A stretch of 58,687 nt of DNA, from the IMG/VR virus record IMGVR_UViG_3300021957_000041, positions 1 to 58,687 of that record, one strand, 5' to 3'. The translations under genes were made by a program, and so were the position numbers. Positions 58,472 through 58,687 of the stretch are shown here, in pieces; position 1 is the stretch's first letter; the number at the start of each line of letters is the position of its first letter. Source of the DNA: a virus. Its lineage: Duplodnaviria > Caudoviricetes. The notes beneath the pieces are model-generated. The model saw only the letters and a list, made by a program, of their open reading frames with translations, had not been told where the DNA came from and searched no databases.

Positions 58472-58687
58472 TTATGATGTGTATTTTATCTTACTAAAAG
58501 AACCTTCTTTTTGAATTTCTATAATCTCGTCCACCATATCTCTCATTACATCCAAGTGACTGATAACCATCACGAACTCAAACTGCCCCTTTAAATAGGT
58601 AAACAGATTAAATACACTACTTATGTTGTCTCCATCCAAAGAACCCCATCCTTCGTCAATAACAAGGAAATTAGAACGAGGAAGACT
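58472..58687 (-). CDS. C-terminus of an SbcC/Rad50/gp46-like recombination ATPase (runs off window end)
   Basis: Manual translation gives SLPRSNFLVIDEGWGSLDGDN...VMVISHLDVMRDMVD...YTS* (Walker B, D-loop, H-switch). Confidence 0.88.
   Translation of the reverse strand, partial: SLPRSNFLVIDEGWGSLDGDNISSVFNLFTYLKGQFEFVMVISHLDVMRDMVDEIIEIQKEGSFSKIKYTS

Noticed and set aside
1-58687. Alternative genetic code (stop-codon reassignment) as in some large phages
   Set aside because: Core genes are full length in code 11, coding density is high, and TAG/TGA serve as real stops (e.g. terL ends in TAG at its expected C-terminus).

Overview
AT-rich 58.7-kb segment of a large, apparently lytic T4-like myovirus (distant T4 relative with gp23-type capsid, gp18/gp19 contractile tail, gp17 terminase and gp20 portal). 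Every credible gene is on the minus strand. In transcription order (high to low coordinate) the window holds: the C-terminus of an SbcC/gp46 ATPase; a P-loop kinase; a HIGH-nucleotidyltransferase/RNA-ligase-like fusion and other probable capsid-internal proteins; terminase; an inserted lipoprotein; portal; prohead protease; scaffold; major capsid protein; neck proteins; sheath; tube; tail chaperone; tape measure; baseplate genes; a compact family-A polymerase; a complete prkA(yeaG)-yeaH-spoVR(ycgB) operon; a DNA methyltransferase; SSB; UvsX/RecA; a 5'-3' exonuclease; a DnaB-like helicase; and the start of nrdA. The main points of interest are: (1) the intact phage-borne PrkA AAA+/vWA/SpoVR module; (2) an unannotated, start-less gp51-like ORF reachable by a +1/-2 frameshift at a T7 run ending the gp26-like chaperone; (3) probable protease-processed capsid cargo, including a peptide-repeat polyprotein and an NTase-ligase fusion plus kinase; (4) a recurrent upstream motif TATTTAT(A), the reverse complement of the T4 late promoter, often only a few nt before ATG. 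All product calls come from recognising motifs by eye; no database searches were run. No tRNA, rRNA, CRISPR array, integrase or transposase was seen.
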